In this document: positions 27,404 through 45,860 of the stretch, in pieces | Numbering within the stretch: position 1 is the first letter of the stretch | Layout: every line of letters begins with the position of its first letter | NCBI RefSeq assembly: GCF_009914755.1 | Contig: NC_060926.1 | DNA length: 64,000 nt | Reading direction: 5' to 3' (one strand) | Origin: the human T2T-CHM13v2.0 reference genome, Homo sapiens | The notes under the pieces: model-generated | What the model was told of the DNA's origin: nothing | Database searches by the model: none | What the model saw: only the letters and a program-made list of their open reading frames with translations | Made by a program: the position numbers and the translations under genes

Positions 27404-28875
27404 CTCCATGATGCAATTAAGCTAGAAAACAATAACAAAATGATAATACAAAGTCCCCGTATGTTTGGATATTTAGGAAAATAGAAGTTCTGGATGACCC
27501 ATATAGCAAAGAAAAATAATTATAAACTTAAAAAATGAAATTGCTATATATACCAAAACTTGTGAAATACAACTAAAGTCACACTTAGACATTTATAGCA
27601 TTAGGTACCTACATTTGAGAAGAAGGTTTAAAAATTCATGAACTAAGCATTCAAGGCAAACATCAAAAAAAAAAACACAATCAAATTAAACCCAAATTAA
27701 TTGGAGGAAAGAAAAGAATAAAGAGCTGAAAATATTTTTTAAAAATAGAAAACAAATAAAAGAATAATTAATAATTAAAATAGTAATAACTGATAATAAT
27801 TCATTGAGAAAGGACTTGTATAACCTGAATGACACCTGTTGAAACAGATCTAGAAAAACAGCTGAAGGCACAGATAGCAATAACAGGAATGGAAAAGGAG
27901 ACCTCAGTAAAAATTTACAGTCATTAAAAATATCAACATTATCATAAGCACATTTGTTTCAATGCATTTATTATGAAATTGGTAAAGTTGTGAGAAAGTG
28001 TCAATTCCCAGGCTGGCTAAAGCAGAAATATAAAACCTTAATAATCTTTTCACTTAAAAAAAATTGAAGCGTAATTATAAACCTTCCCACAAATAAAATT
28101 CCAGATCCAGATGGCTTACCAGTGGGTTTACCAAACGATTAAAGAATAAGTATTATCAATCTTTCACAAATTCTTGCAGACAATAGGGAGAAAAGGAGGA
28201 AACATTCCAGAACTAGTTTTAAAATGTAATCTTGATGTCAAAATTTGCTAAGGTAACTATGAGAAAGGATATATTACAGGTAATTTTACTCATGAACATA
28301 AATATAAAACCTCTAAATAAAATAATATCAAATCTAATCTTAAAAATTATAAATAATATAATCCACTATGACACATTAGGTGTATTCCAGGAATGCAAAG
28401 TTGATTTAACATTTGAAAATGAAGCAATGTAACTTATCGTATTAACAGAATAAAAGAGAAAAATTATGATTATTTGCATAGATGCAGAAATTTCTAAATA
28501 AAATTTAATATCCATTTATAATTTTACAAAAGCTTCCCAACAAACTAGAAATAGAAAAAAAAACTTTCTTAACTTGAAAAGGATCTACAGAAAACTTACA
28601 GCACACATCACGCTTAGAAGTAAAACGTGAAAGCTTTCTCTTTGAGATCAGAAAATGACAAAAGCGTTGCTGTCACCATTTTACTCAATATCATACTTGA
28701 TGCACGTGAATAGAGTAGAGTAAGAAAAATAAATAAGAGATTTAATAATTGGAAAATAGTAAATACAAAAGCCACTATGATGTAATAAAATAGGATTATA
28801 TATGAAGAGACTTTAGAAGAATCTACAGATAAATTGTTGTAATCAACAAGTTCAGCAAGAGAGGTGAGCAGCATA

Positions 28876-29236
28876 TGTCTTAGTTCAGGCTGCTATAAAA
28901 GAATACCATCGACTGAGTGGCTTAAATAACAGTCATTTATTTTTCACAGTTCTAGGGGCTGGAAGTCCAAGATCAGGTTGCTGGCAGATTTGGTTCTTGA
29001 TGGGGGCCCGCTTTCCAACTTGTGAACAGCCGCCTTCTCACTCTGTGCTCACATGGCCTTTCCTTGGTGCCTTCCTCTCTCTCTTCCTCTCCTAAAGGCA
29101 CTGACCTCATCAGGGGGAACCCACTTTCATGACCTCATCTAAACTTAATTACTTTCCAAAGCCCACACCTCCAAATACCATCAAATTAGATGTTAGGGTT
29201 TCAATATATGGATTTTGAGTCATTCAGTCCATAACA
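28876..29236 (-). mobile_element. MLT1A-type solo LTR
   Basis: tgtcttagtt...cagtccataaca, 361 bp, perfect 5-bp TSD gcata (28871-28875 / 29237-29241). Confidence 0.9.
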
Positions 29237-31177
29237 GCATACAAATATATAAATATGCAAAGTACATATATAATACACAAAATATTTATAAATAAATTGA
29301 ATTTTTACTTATCAACAAAAAAAACATTAGAAAATTTACATAGATGCCATTTATAATAATAAAATACCCAAAAGTACATCATACAAAAGATGTCCAAAAC
29401 CTCCACCCAGAAAACTATAAAAAACCTAAATGAATGAAAGGATATATCAAGTTTATAAATGAGAAGACCCAATTTGAGAAATATGCAAATTGCTTCCAAA
29501 CTGATTTACAGTTTGAGTGCAATTTTAATCAAAATTCAACTTTGATTTTTCTGGAACTTTGTTTTATTTTACCATTGCTGTGAAATGCAAAAGTCTAAGA
29601 ATGGCTAAGACAGTATTGAGGAAAGAAAAGCAACGTAGTAGAACTTACTAGACATCAGACTTAAAAAAAATAAGACAAGCTCTCATCATCTCAAAGATAG
29701 GCAACCATACAATTGAAATAGAATAGAGTGATGATTTTAAATTTAAGAAATTCTGTTCTACAAAGTCATTCAGTAAGGGATTAAAATAAATGTCACAGAG
29801 TTGGGGCATGTATTTGTAATACAGGTACATCCCAAAAATTCATGTCAAACATTTACGAGGAACTCTTATATATCAGTAGGAGAAAGACAAGCAATCTAAT
29901 TTAAAAAAAAAGTAGGAGACTTGCAAAAGTACCTCTCAAAAGTGGCCAATAAGTGTATTTAAACATACTTAACCTTGTTGATGAACGAGGCATCCAACAC
30001 ACACATCCAACACGCACATCCAACACCACAAGATCTGCTATGCACGTAACCTATAGAGTGGCTGAAATTTAAAAAGACCAATGATGTGTTCAAGGAAAAT
30101 AAGCAATATTAACTTTAATGCACTTCTAACGATGGTAAATCTTGGTAGAATCACTTTGGAAAATGGTTTGGAGTTAGCTGCTAAAGTTGAAGATAATCCA
30201 AATTTATGATCCAGAAATTTCACACCTAGAAATGTGCACTAAGGTATCATCTATAGCTATCATTCATCTCTCTCTCTCTCCCTATATAATATATATATAT
30301 ATACACACATATATGAAAATTATATATATACATATGAGAATGTTTTTATAGCATTATTATATCAAGCAGGGAAAAAACCCAAATTGCCATTATCAATAGT
30401 ATGGATGAATAAATTGGATATATTTATACGGTGGCATAATATATAGCACTGACAATAAATTCACAACTAGAAACAAAAACATAGATGAGTCTCACAAACA
30501 TAATGTTGAGCAGAAAAGTTTCAAAACAGGTGTACCTAAGCCATAGAGTCTGGAATATGCATGTTCATGTGGTACAAGTACAAAGAAGTGATTTCCATGG
30601 ACGTCAGGACAGTGCTCGCCTTTGATGAGGGCAGAGAGGGGCTTCTGAGGGAATGCCATGCTCTACTTTTTGGTGAGGTTTGTAGTATATTTATTTACAT
30701 GCATTAAACTGAACATTTTTACTTTTCTACACTTCAAAGCAGGGAGGCAGCTTCATATTCCTTCTTCTAAACCTGTTACTTCGCACATTAAGAAAACATG
30801 GAAACCAGTTAGAAGAGAAGCTGGTAGAGTCATGAACATTAAAAACTAGTTGTAATCTTGGAGTCACATTCCGCTTTGATTGTATCTTGGGCCCTCGAGT
30901 TTTCCTATGGCTGTTTTTACTGTATCACCAACCCCAACCAAGATCATCATCACCAATGGTAGTATTTTCCAAATAGCGTGTTAATGTGGAAGATAAATCA
31001 ATGGGTTTTGCCAACATTTAAAACAAATCCTTTCTAGTATTTCATCGCCAATTTAGAACATCATTGGGATATTTTAAAGTGGATATTTAGCCACCAAGCA
31101 ATAATATGTGACTAGAAACTAGTGTCTTCAAATTCTAATTCTAGATGGATAATTTTATATCCCATTTTTAGATGTGA

Positions 31178-31528
<351 letters not shown>

Positions 31529-31689
31529 GTAAGGTCCACATAAATTCTTATAAAGTGAGATTATTACTCTGTACAATAAAGAAATGTGAGCTTTGGAGAG
31601 GTGAATAAATAATTTTCCCCCACTGAGTGACTCTTTTACATTGAATGGTCTTTATGTTTGTTTAAAAAAAAAAAAAGATTCCACTAGAT

Positions 31690-31945
31690 CATCACTCAAT
31701 AAACACTGTGCTCTTGGTACATAGAAAGCCTGATGCTGGATGCTACGAAAAAGAGGAAAAGAAGATTATTCCCATTCTTCTGAGGAGTCTATAATCTAGT
31801 CAAGGAAACAAGTACAGAACAGATGCAGCTAAATTACAGTGTAAAACAACACTTTTAATGCCCTATTTGAAAATGGTCTGTGTTCAGCCATATAGATGGA
31901 GAAGCTTAGCAAGTGCACATGGAGAAGGTGGTTGGTCATCTCAAA
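31690..31945 (-). mobile_element. L2 3' fragment
   Basis: 'atcactcaataaacactgtg...gaggagtctataatctagtcaagga'. Confidence 0.5.
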
Positions 31946-32795
31946 GTTGAAAAGCGAGGAGAGAAATGCTGTAACATGGCCTTTAATGGTCTCTAAACTC
32001 CTCTCAGTGCTAGACTTTTAAAATTCCACAACTCTGTAAGGGGACCTATTTTTTTTCTTTTAATGGTAGCCCGCACAGGACACCTTCATTTACATATTGC
32101 AAATAATGAACTTAGTCTGCAGGGACGAGTTACTGCCACTAATGTCATGAAACTGGGTTAACATAATATTTCACATAACTATCTGCAACCCCCTGACAGG
32201 TGCTGCCATGCTCTAACACCTCTGTTTTTGTGATGACACTCTAATAGACTAAAATGATATCACATTTATGTGATAGGAGATGACAGGGTTGAGAATGTAA
32301 TACTCTGGTCCCTCTATCTGTGTGATAAAAAAATGAGTGCCGAGAGAACTTCCAAGAGGTGGACGTGCAACCTCCCCAGGTCCCCACATCTAGAGGGAAG
32401 GTTTAGGCAGTCTAGAGTGGGGATGCCTTCAACTAGTCATCCTGGAATTCCACTGCAGGGAGAGGTGTCCTCTCACTGGTCCAGCTGCTGAGCTACTGTG
32501 GTACAAAAGGGCTAGGCCCACAGGGTAGCTGCAGGAATGCCGGGGGAAGGGTCCACCCAGAGGTATTCCTTCCCAGGGAAATTCAAAGGGGATAATTTGT
32601 GCCCGAACAACGGAAAGAGGTCTGAACTGGGAGTCCATATCCTCAGTTCTAGTACCTATTTCTCCATAATCTCTGATTCCTTTACTTTTCTGGATCTCTG
32701 CTTTCTCATCTATAAAATAAGGGGTTGGATTAGAACAAATCAGTCATTGCAATTTCAAATCTGTAAGAAGCCAGGCAGGTGAGGAAAGTGTGTAA

Positions 32796-33167
<372 letters not shown>

Positions 33168-33344
33168 AAAAGAGTTAAAATTTGTTTTTAACACTATGCT
33201 GGGTTTTAGTAAATGGACATATAGTTTGTAAATGACTACTTTAAATCAACTGTGAAGTTTCTTTTCATTTGACAATGTAAATACAAATGTTCCACAAAGC
33301 ATTTGATAATTATGTGACATCTCCACTTTAGTTGCATAAGTATG

Positions 33345-33850
33345 GTATATTAATTAGGATTACATTCAGCTGCAAGTAAAGAATCCCTCAAAGGTAGTGA
33401 ATTAAATAAAATAGAAAATTATTTCTTACTCTTTTAAGAGTTCAGAGATAGGCAGTTCAGGGTACATCAGCAGCTCCACTCCACAATGCTCTTGGGGGCC
33501 CAGGCACTTTCAGGCCATTCCAAAGGTGTGACTCTCGTCCTCATAGTCTTTGTTCCAGGCTTTGAGATGGAGGAAGGGATGAAGAAGAAAGAACAAAGAG
33601 CTGGTTTTTTTTTTTTTTTACATTAAAAAGAAAGAAAGGGGAGGAAGGAAAGAAGGAAGAGAGGAAGGAAGAAAGGAAGGAAGGAAGGAAGGATGGAAGG
33701 ACAGAAGGAGGCAAAGAGGGAAGAAGGCGTGCAGTTTCTTAAAGAAGACCAGAAACTATCTCACGAGTCTTCCTTTTCCATCTCATTGATGAGAATTTAG
33801 TGACCTAACTTCAAAAGAAGCTATGAAATGTAGCCTTCACACTAAGCACT
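33345..33850 (-). mobile_element. Old MLT1 (J/K/L-like) LTR with internal GGAA-rich repeat (33625-33727)
   Basis: 'attaggattacattcagctgcaagtaa...gataggcagttcaggg...catctcattg'. Confidence 0.55.
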
Positions 33851-33857
33851 CATGTAC

Positions 33858-34448
33858 AGTTATGCACTGAATTGTGTCCTCCCCTGACACAATTCATATG
33901 TTGAAGCCCTAACCCCCAGTGCGATAGCAACTTGGGGATAAGGCCTTTGGGGAAGTAACTGAGGTTAAATGGGGTCATAAGATTGGAGTCATTATACAAT
34001 ATAATTGGTGTTTTTAAAGGGAGAGAGGGCTGGGCACTGTGCTTCTACTTACTAGGGAGGCTGAGGTGGGAGGATTGCTTGAGCCCAGGAGTTTGAGGTT
34101 ACAATGAGCAATGATTGTACAACTGCACTCCAGAGTGAGAGCCTGTCTCTTAAAACAACAACAACAACAACAACAAAGACAACAGCAGCAGCAGCAGCAA
34201 CAACAACAATGAACTAAATTAAAAAAAATAAAGATCAGAAAGGCTTTGTGGGGGCAGAGTGAGAATGTATCTACAAGCCCTGAAGGGAACCTTCAGTAGA
34301 AACCAAATTTGCTGGCACCTCAATCACGACTTGTGGTCTTGAGAACTGTGAGAAAATAAATGCCTGTTGTGTAAACCATTCAAACAGTGTTTTATTTATT
34401 TTTTATGTATTTTTCTTTTTATGGTTGCCGAAGCTACCATAAAATACG
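33858..34448 (+). mobile_element. MLT1A/B-type LTR interrupted by an Alu monomer
   Basis: 'ttatgcactgaattgtgtcc...ttcatatgttgaagccctaaccccc...agaactgtgagaaaataaatgcctgttg'. Confidence 0.75.
34028..34231 (+). mobile_element. FLAM/FRAM-type Alu monomer with CAA/CAG-converted tail
   Basis: 'gaggctgaggtgggaggattgcttgagcccaggagtttgagg' single arm. Confidence 0.8.
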
Positions 34449-34788
34449 TGCAGGTAACAATGCTGTTAAGTTGGAAGAAGAAAAGCAGATATGACAGGAC
34501 AGTGAACAGTCACTGCCATTGCTGGCTTTAGGTTGCCATTGGTGCTGGACCTCAGAATTACCCAAAAAGATTTTGCTAGATTCTGGAAAAACATTGTGAT
34601 GATAAATATCTGAAATGTATTTCTCTATAGTTTTTTAATTCTCTCAGTTGAGTAGAGGTCACTAAGAGAAAACCCTGAGAATCATGAAGAATAGATTCTG
34701 GTTGATCTTCACTGTTAAAAATCTATAAAGATTCACGTAAGTGAGTGATATATTAAGTGTGTTTATACAGGTTTGAAATCTACATTTG

Positions 34789-35345
34789 TGTGGTAGGTAC
34801 CCACTAAGATGGCCCCAGTGACCCCTGGACTCGTGCAGTGGTGTGATTCCTTCTCCTTGTATGTCCTCTGGGTTTAATGTTGTTGGAAGGACTTGGTGAT
34901 GTATTATCAATGGATACAGCAATAGTGGTGGGAAGCCACTTCTGAAATGAGGTTATCAATAACAGCGGCTTCTGTCTTGCATTTTCTCTCTCTCTCTCAT
35001 TCTCTTTCTGACTTTTTGCTTGCTCTGGGGAAGACAGCTGCCATGTCCCATGTCTTGAGAAGGCCACCTGGGGAGGTCCATGTGCATGGTCTTGGGTGCA
35101 GATCTTGGGAGTCTTTCCAGTAGCCAAATGAGTGAGCTCAGAAGCAGATCCTCTCCTAGGCAAGCCTTGAGATGACTGCAGCCCTGGCCAAAGCCATGAA
35201 TGCAGTCTCATGAGGGTCTCCAAGCTAAGCCACTCCTGGAGTTCTCATTTACAGAAAACATATAATAATAAATATTCATGTTTAGTGAATAAATATTCAC
35301 TAAGTTTTGTGTTAATGTGTTATGCAGCAATAGATAACATATAAT
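34789..35345 (+). mobile_element. MLT1F-like solo LTR
   Basis: 'tgtggtaggtacccactaagatggcccc...ttgagatgactgcagccc...gttatgcagcaatagataac'. Confidence 0.8.
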
Positions 35346-35586
35346 CTATTTTAAAGTTTGCGTTCAACACAAGAAGTTGTATCAATGAAGCCCAATGTGG
35401 GCTAGGAAGTTTCATTCATTTCATGCTTATTATTAATCATTATTATGTTTGCTTTGATCACATTACTTTGTTATGCAAAGGTACTAAAGAGGTGAGATAT
35501 GGCTTTTGCGCTCAAGAAACTTATAATTTAAATGCAGAAACTAAACCAAAAATAGTAGTATTTGTTTTATCATCTTAAGAGTTTAT

Positions 35587-35947
<361 letters not shown>

Positions 35948-38071
35948 TTATGATAAATCAAACCCATCATTCCTTAAAAAACTTCAAGTTGCCTCTTTTG
36001 CAAGTAACAGAGGGCCTGGGGATAGGCAGTTTAGGCCTGGTGTGGAGGCTCAGTGATGCCACTGGGAACCCAAGTGATCCTTAGCTCCCTGCTCTTCTAT
36101 CCACAGCCCACAGATTTCTTCCATCCGTAGCCCACAGATTTCTTCTTCTCAGTTGTTAGTACCTTGTGTACCTCTGCACATTTGTCTGGGATCCAGAGAG
36201 GAAGAAGGGGAAAGGTGGGCCAAAGGCACATGGTAGCTGCAATGGGCTTTCTGTCACGCTTGTCAGATACCGATTTACAGGGGTGAAATAATACCTGGTA
36301 CTAATGCCAATAGAATACTCAGAGATTTAGGGGATTTAAGAGTTTTATTAAAAATGGTACTTATTGTAAAATATCATGGGTTTGCTTCAAGATAATCTCT
36401 TGTTTTTCTCATTAATGATGCTACAAAGGCAAACAAATACATTGTGTCTATCCAAACATAATTTTTCTCTTCAGTTGAGTAAGTTTGAATGACAGTATTA
36501 TTGAAAGACAGGAGAGGCTCAAAATTAACTATAATAGATGTTAATAAATGTAGGATCTACAGAAACACTAAAAAATTTTGGTCAGAAAAACCTTCTACCT
36601 TTGAAAAATTTATGCAAATTCACCCAAACTGGAAGTCAATTTGTACATTTTTTGGTGGAAAAGAAGGGACGTTGAGTAAGGCTAACAATTTTATTTTAAC
36701 GTATTTCTCTTCTCCTGACCCACTGCATGTCTCAGAAAAAAAAAAGGAAAGATACTTGAGAGAAAGTGGTCAGTTCTGATGCAAAAAAGCATAACTTATG
36801 AAAGGGTCATTCTGGATGGCTGCCCGTCACTTGAATTTCCTTACGTGCAGTTTACCCACTTCCACAATTGAAAAGTAATGTTTATTTATGTTAGCTCATT
36901 TGGATTTATTTACTTATGGTAGTGACTATTTTCTTTTAAAAATTATCATCAAAATGTTTAATTTGGGGTATTTAGAGTGTTTAAGTTGTTTTACATATTC
37001 ACTTAGGCTGATATTCTAATTGACCTTTTCAAGAGTCATAAACTTATATTCTTCTTCTGTATTTCCAAAACACAGTACCAGATGGAGGGAGGACAGAGGA
37101 GAAACAACTATTTAAACCTCTCCAAGATAAGTGAAACAGTTGGGTCTTTGTCTCCCTAATGTCATAGGTATTCTAAACCCAATGGAGGGAAAAGTTTGAA
37201 TGCATCCTGTAGCTAATGTTGAACATTTCCCATTGTAGAAAAAGTATAGACATTTTACAAACCTGAATTAGACTAGATTCAGGGGCCAATTTTACAAAAA
37301 TCACTGTACTGAGATCATGTCTATGTGGTACTGAAAATATTGAAATCAAGTGGATTTTCTCAATAAAAAAATTGAAATTGGTCATTTGATGTCTTGTAGA
37401 CAACCTGGTTATTGAATACAATTTTCCTTTCCATCTTAAAACAAATTGCCAAACAATTATCTTGGTATCTTTGGAGTCAGCATCAATCTGAGTATCGTAG
37501 CCAATTTTATTTCAATGTCTTCAGTAACATCCACATTTCAGCACAGAGAAATCTTTGGAGCCATTCCTGGTGAGCCTCGTGCATTAATAAAACCAGGGTG
37601 TAGGCCTGGGCCATGATGGGAGAATTGAGAATGGTGTAAGCATGAATACACCATCCAAATCATCAGGACACATTTCTTCACTTCCATGAGCTTTGATCCC
37701 TTCTTTAGCAAAAAACATGGCAGTGTGTTATGTCAGCAAGACACAGGTCAGTGTGACTTATGATAATGATGACAGCAACAGTAAAGATGGGTGACATTTA
37801 CTGAACCCTTATCATGTGCCAAGCACAGACCTACACCAAATCAGGACTCTCTGTCACTTGCCCTCATTGTTTTTTTTGGAGAAAGGCACCTGCAGGAGGA
37901 AAGGCAGATTGGAGAACTGTCAAGACATGGCCAGGCACAGGCATCTTCCCCTCCTGGCAGCTAAATGTCCAGATATTTCCTCCTCACCCTAAGCCTATTT
38001 TATTTTTTTAATAAGAAAGTTTGGGCCAAATTCCTTTCACATACAAACAAGCTGGGATATATACACAAATC

Positions 38072-38464
<393 letters not shown>

Positions 38465-40555
38465 TAAGTTGCCTAAAATTACCTAGCTCCTGGCAGGCCA
38501 GAGATTCAGAAAGACTTTGGCTTCCCAACGCCCAAGCTTAGCCATTCCTCTTCATTTCCCCTTGTTGATGATCATTTCTGAGAGGCTGCACCACAACGGA
38601 GGTGGTGGGGGTCACATGATCCAAATGAAACCTGCCATACAGAGCGTGGGTCAGGGCTGGCAAGTGATGACGTTGAGGCCAAGAGTGATTTTGAGGGCAA
38701 TGAACCTAGTAAAAGTCCAGGTTAATTAGAAATTGGAGCAATTTTCTCTGTGGGAATTTAATTTGGGGTTTGAAAAGAATTTGGGGTTTGTAAAGAAATG
38801 AAGCAAGGGTCCAAGTCCTGGGATCCACGTGGAGAAGAGGTCCAGAAAGAAGACCTTTGAAGTTGGCACCTTTCAGCTGTTGGTACATTTTATAAATTTT
38901 TCATCCCTTGTCTTCTTCAGGAGCCAAGATTTGTCAAAGCTTCCAACCACTCTTCTCTCCTTCCCCTGTCCCTTCTGACAACATCAGTCCACACAATTAT
39001 CCACAATTAATAACACCTCATTTCTGTCGCTCTTGGGGGCCATGAGTTTCCTAACTGTGGAGGTTCCTAACCCTATGCAGCTCATGGGGGCTTGAGTTTA
39101 CTTCTATCTCAGCGTAACTGTGAAACTAGCCAAGTCCTGACACCTCAGCAGCACTTTACCTCTAAAAAGACAGCAAATTAGGACATTAGTAAGACTGTTT
39201 TTTGACCTAAAATTCTGCGGTTCTTCCAATGTAAAAAAATAAAAATAAAGTAAATTACAATAAGTGAAGACTTGACATGTCATTTCTGGAAAGTTGCTGA
39301 CCTCTAGTGTTGGCACAGACCTGAAGGAAAATTCAAACCTCTGTGTTATTTCTATCCAACTTTCCTGTATACTTCCTTTCCTTTTCTCTTATGGAGGAGA
39401 AGAAAATAGAAAGTACTTCAAATTAAAGTTCTATTAACTAAAGCTTCATTTACAGAATAAATATTTCTGCTGACATTTGACTGATTATATCAATTTTGAA
39501 GTTCAAATTTTAATAAGGTATTACCAAGCCCAAGAATAAACAAGCAAATCAGGCGCAGTTTCCTAGTCCCTTCTTTGTATTAAATGATAAGTGAACTTAA
39601 AGCTATGCTTTGTCTTATTAATGTCTGCTAAATATGGATGAATTACTGAATATATATTTATTCTTAAACTCATTTGGAGGCAAATATTTACAAGGCTTTT
39701 CTCTTATAATCTGATTTTAATATCTCAACTGAAACTGATTTATAACATGTGACTTCAAATGTGGTATTAGTTAAAGGGGCCAAGAATTAATGAGCTGATT
39801 CTATCAAGGGTTTCTTGAAACTGATTTTGAAAGGGGGAAAATATTTCTATATTTTTAATCAAATTTTAATGGTAGAAATTTTCATGGCAAATATCAGAGT
39901 CTCACATAAACAAATCTTTAATAATTTTGCATGTGCATATATTTGGTTTTATCATATTGTTAACTGAGTTAGAAACTCACTTGAATATTCTGTGCCATCA
40001 AGCGGATTTCATTTCTAGCTTGCAGGTGGATTTCTTCATTTCTTCCGGAATTAGTTACTAAGGAAGTTGGTAAGATATGTTTCCTGGAAATCTTTAAAAC
40101 TTGCTGTGTATGAGACACAAGGTAGGGTGGGTTGGTGAAGGCCGACTGTCCATTTCTGCTATCAGCTAAAGACCATCATTCCACCCATTTTGTACTTGCA
40201 TAGGCAGCTTCCTGCTAAGAGTCACTGGAGAGTACACAAACCTCTTCCTGTAACTGGGTTACAGTCACATTGTAGAAATGGCTAAATAATTTAACTGTAA
40301 TGTAGCAAGATATGTGATAATTAGTAAGCTTTATACACTCAAAAAGTGCTCGCTCTGTGACAGTGAACAAATCCCAGGCACACTTATAATAAGTATCCAC
40401 CTCCCAGAGCTTTGTGTGAATTGCTTGTGAAGTGTGTCTCATGTAACATAAAAGTAAACAAATGTAAACATATACTTAAAAAAGATATAAGGATTATTTA
40501 AAGACCAGCACACCAATTTTGGAAGAGAAGTCTTTTAGGTACTAGGCTCATTTTC

Positions 40556-40710
40556 TTTTTTTTTTTTTTAACTCAAGCATTTGGACAACTTTTAATTTTT
40601 TAATAAGTTGTTTAATTAAAATAATCAATTTGGTTATACTGGGTAGACAAAATTTAAATAAATGCTTCAAGTTGATGTAATAAGAAACCCACTTCAATGT
40701 ATCTGTTTTA
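40556..40710 (-). other. L1-mediated 3' transduction (~140 bp non-L1 sequence plus second poly-A)
   Basis: Lies between the left TSD and the L1's own A-rich tail; minus-strand ATTAAA at 40591-40596 is ~21 nt before the T run at 40556-40569. Confidence 0.88.
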
Positions 40711-40952
40711 TTTCTTTTCTTTTTTTCTTTTCTTTTCTTTTATTATTATTATACTTTAAATTTTAGGGTACATGTGGACAATGTGCAGGTTAGTTACATA
40801 TGTATACATGTGACATGCTGGTGTGCTGCACCCATTAACTTGTCATTTAGCATTAGGTATATCTCCTAATGCTATCCCTCCCCACTCCCCCCACCCCACA
40901 ACAGTCCCCAGAGTGTGATGTTCCCCTTCCTGTGTCCATGTGTTCTCATTGT

Positions 40953-44782
<3,830 letters not shown>

Positions 44783-44845
44783 TATGATGTTAGCTGGTTA
44801 TTTTGCTCGTTAGTTGATGCAGTTTCTTCCTAGCCTCGATGGTCT

Positions 44846-45860
44846 TTACATTTTGGCATGGTTTTGCAGTGACTGGTACCGGTTGTTCCTTTCCATGTTT
44901 AGTGCTTCCTTCAGGAGCTCTTTTAGGGCAGGCCTGGTGGTGACAAAATCTCTCAGCATTTGCTTGTCCGTAAAGTATTTTATTTCTCCTTCACTTATGA
45001 AGCTTAGTTTGGCTGGATATGAAATTCTGGGTTGAAAATTCTTTTCTTTAAGAATGTTGAATATTGGCCCCCACTCTCTTCTGGCTTGTAGAGTTTCTGC
45101 CAAGAGATCTGCTGTTAGTCTGATGGGCTTCCCTTTGTGGGTAACCGACCTTTCTCTCTGGCTGCCCTTAACATATTTTCCTTCATTTCAACTTTGGTGA
45201 ATCTGACAATTATGTGTCTTGGAGTTGCTCGTCTCGAGGAGTATCTTTGTGGCGTTCTCTGTATTTCCTGAATCTGAATGTTGGTCTGCCTTGCTAGATT
45301 GGGGAAGTTCTCCTGGATAATATCCTGCAGAGTGTTTTCCAATTTGGTTCCATTCTCCCTGTCACTTTCAGGTACACCAATCAGATGTAGATTTGGTCTT
45401 TTCACATAGTCCCATATTTCTTGGAGGCTTTGTTCGTTTCTTTTTATTCTTTTTTCTCTAAACTTCCCTTCTCGCTTCATTTCATTCATTTCATCTTCCA
45501 TCACTGATACCCTTTCTTCCAGTTGATCACATCGGCTCCTGAGGCTTCTGCATTCTTCACATAGTTCTCGAGCCTTGGCTTTCAGCTCCATCAGCTCCTT
45601 TAAGCACTTCTCTGTATTGGTTATTCTAGTTATACATTCATCCAAATTTTTTTCAAAGTTTTTAACTTCTTTGCCTTTGGTTTGAATTTCCTTCTGTAGC
45701 TTGGAGTAGTTTATCGTCTGAAGCCTTCTTCTCTCAACTCGTCAAAGTCATTCTCCATCTAGCTTTTTTCTGTTGCTGGTGAGGAACTGCATTCCTTTGG
45801 AGGAGGAGAGGCGCTCAGCTTTTTAGAGTTTCCAGTTTTTCTGCTCTGTTTTTTCCCCAT
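44846..45860 (-). pseudogene. L1 ORF1 (RNA-binding chaperone), disrupted
   Basis: ATG at 45860; span 1015 nt versus 1017 canonical; apparent single-base deletions near 45712 and 45146; fragments 'LQEIWDYVKRPNL' and 'ARREWGPIFNILKEKNFQPRISYPAKLSF'. Confidence 0.93.

Larger units (their letters stand above)
24070..30740 (+). mobile_element. Old, highly degenerate L1M (ORF1-like 24070-24450; ORF2 and 3' end 27410-30740) split by LTR insertions
   Basis: A-rich plus strand with L1 ORF2 remnants, e.g. 'aaattccagatccagatggctt', 'tattccaggaatgcaaagttgatttaacatt' (translation 'IIHYDTLGVFQECK'), and an L1ME-like 3' end. Confidence 0.75.

Noticed and set aside
29991-30028. Short tandem repeats (13-bp x3 here; 24-bp x2 at 36099; 18-bp x2 at 38760) as a CRISPR-like array
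   Set aside because: No unique spacers, no cas genes, eukaryotic context; ordinary slippage duplications.
33625-33727. GGAA microsatellite as an EWS-FLI1 response element
   Set aside because: Only about four consecutive perfect GGAA units, heavily interrupted.
40026-40069. Possible 44-nt exon (ttgcag| ... |gtaaga)
   Set aside because: Moderate splice sites, frame-disrupting length, expected by chance in 64 kb.
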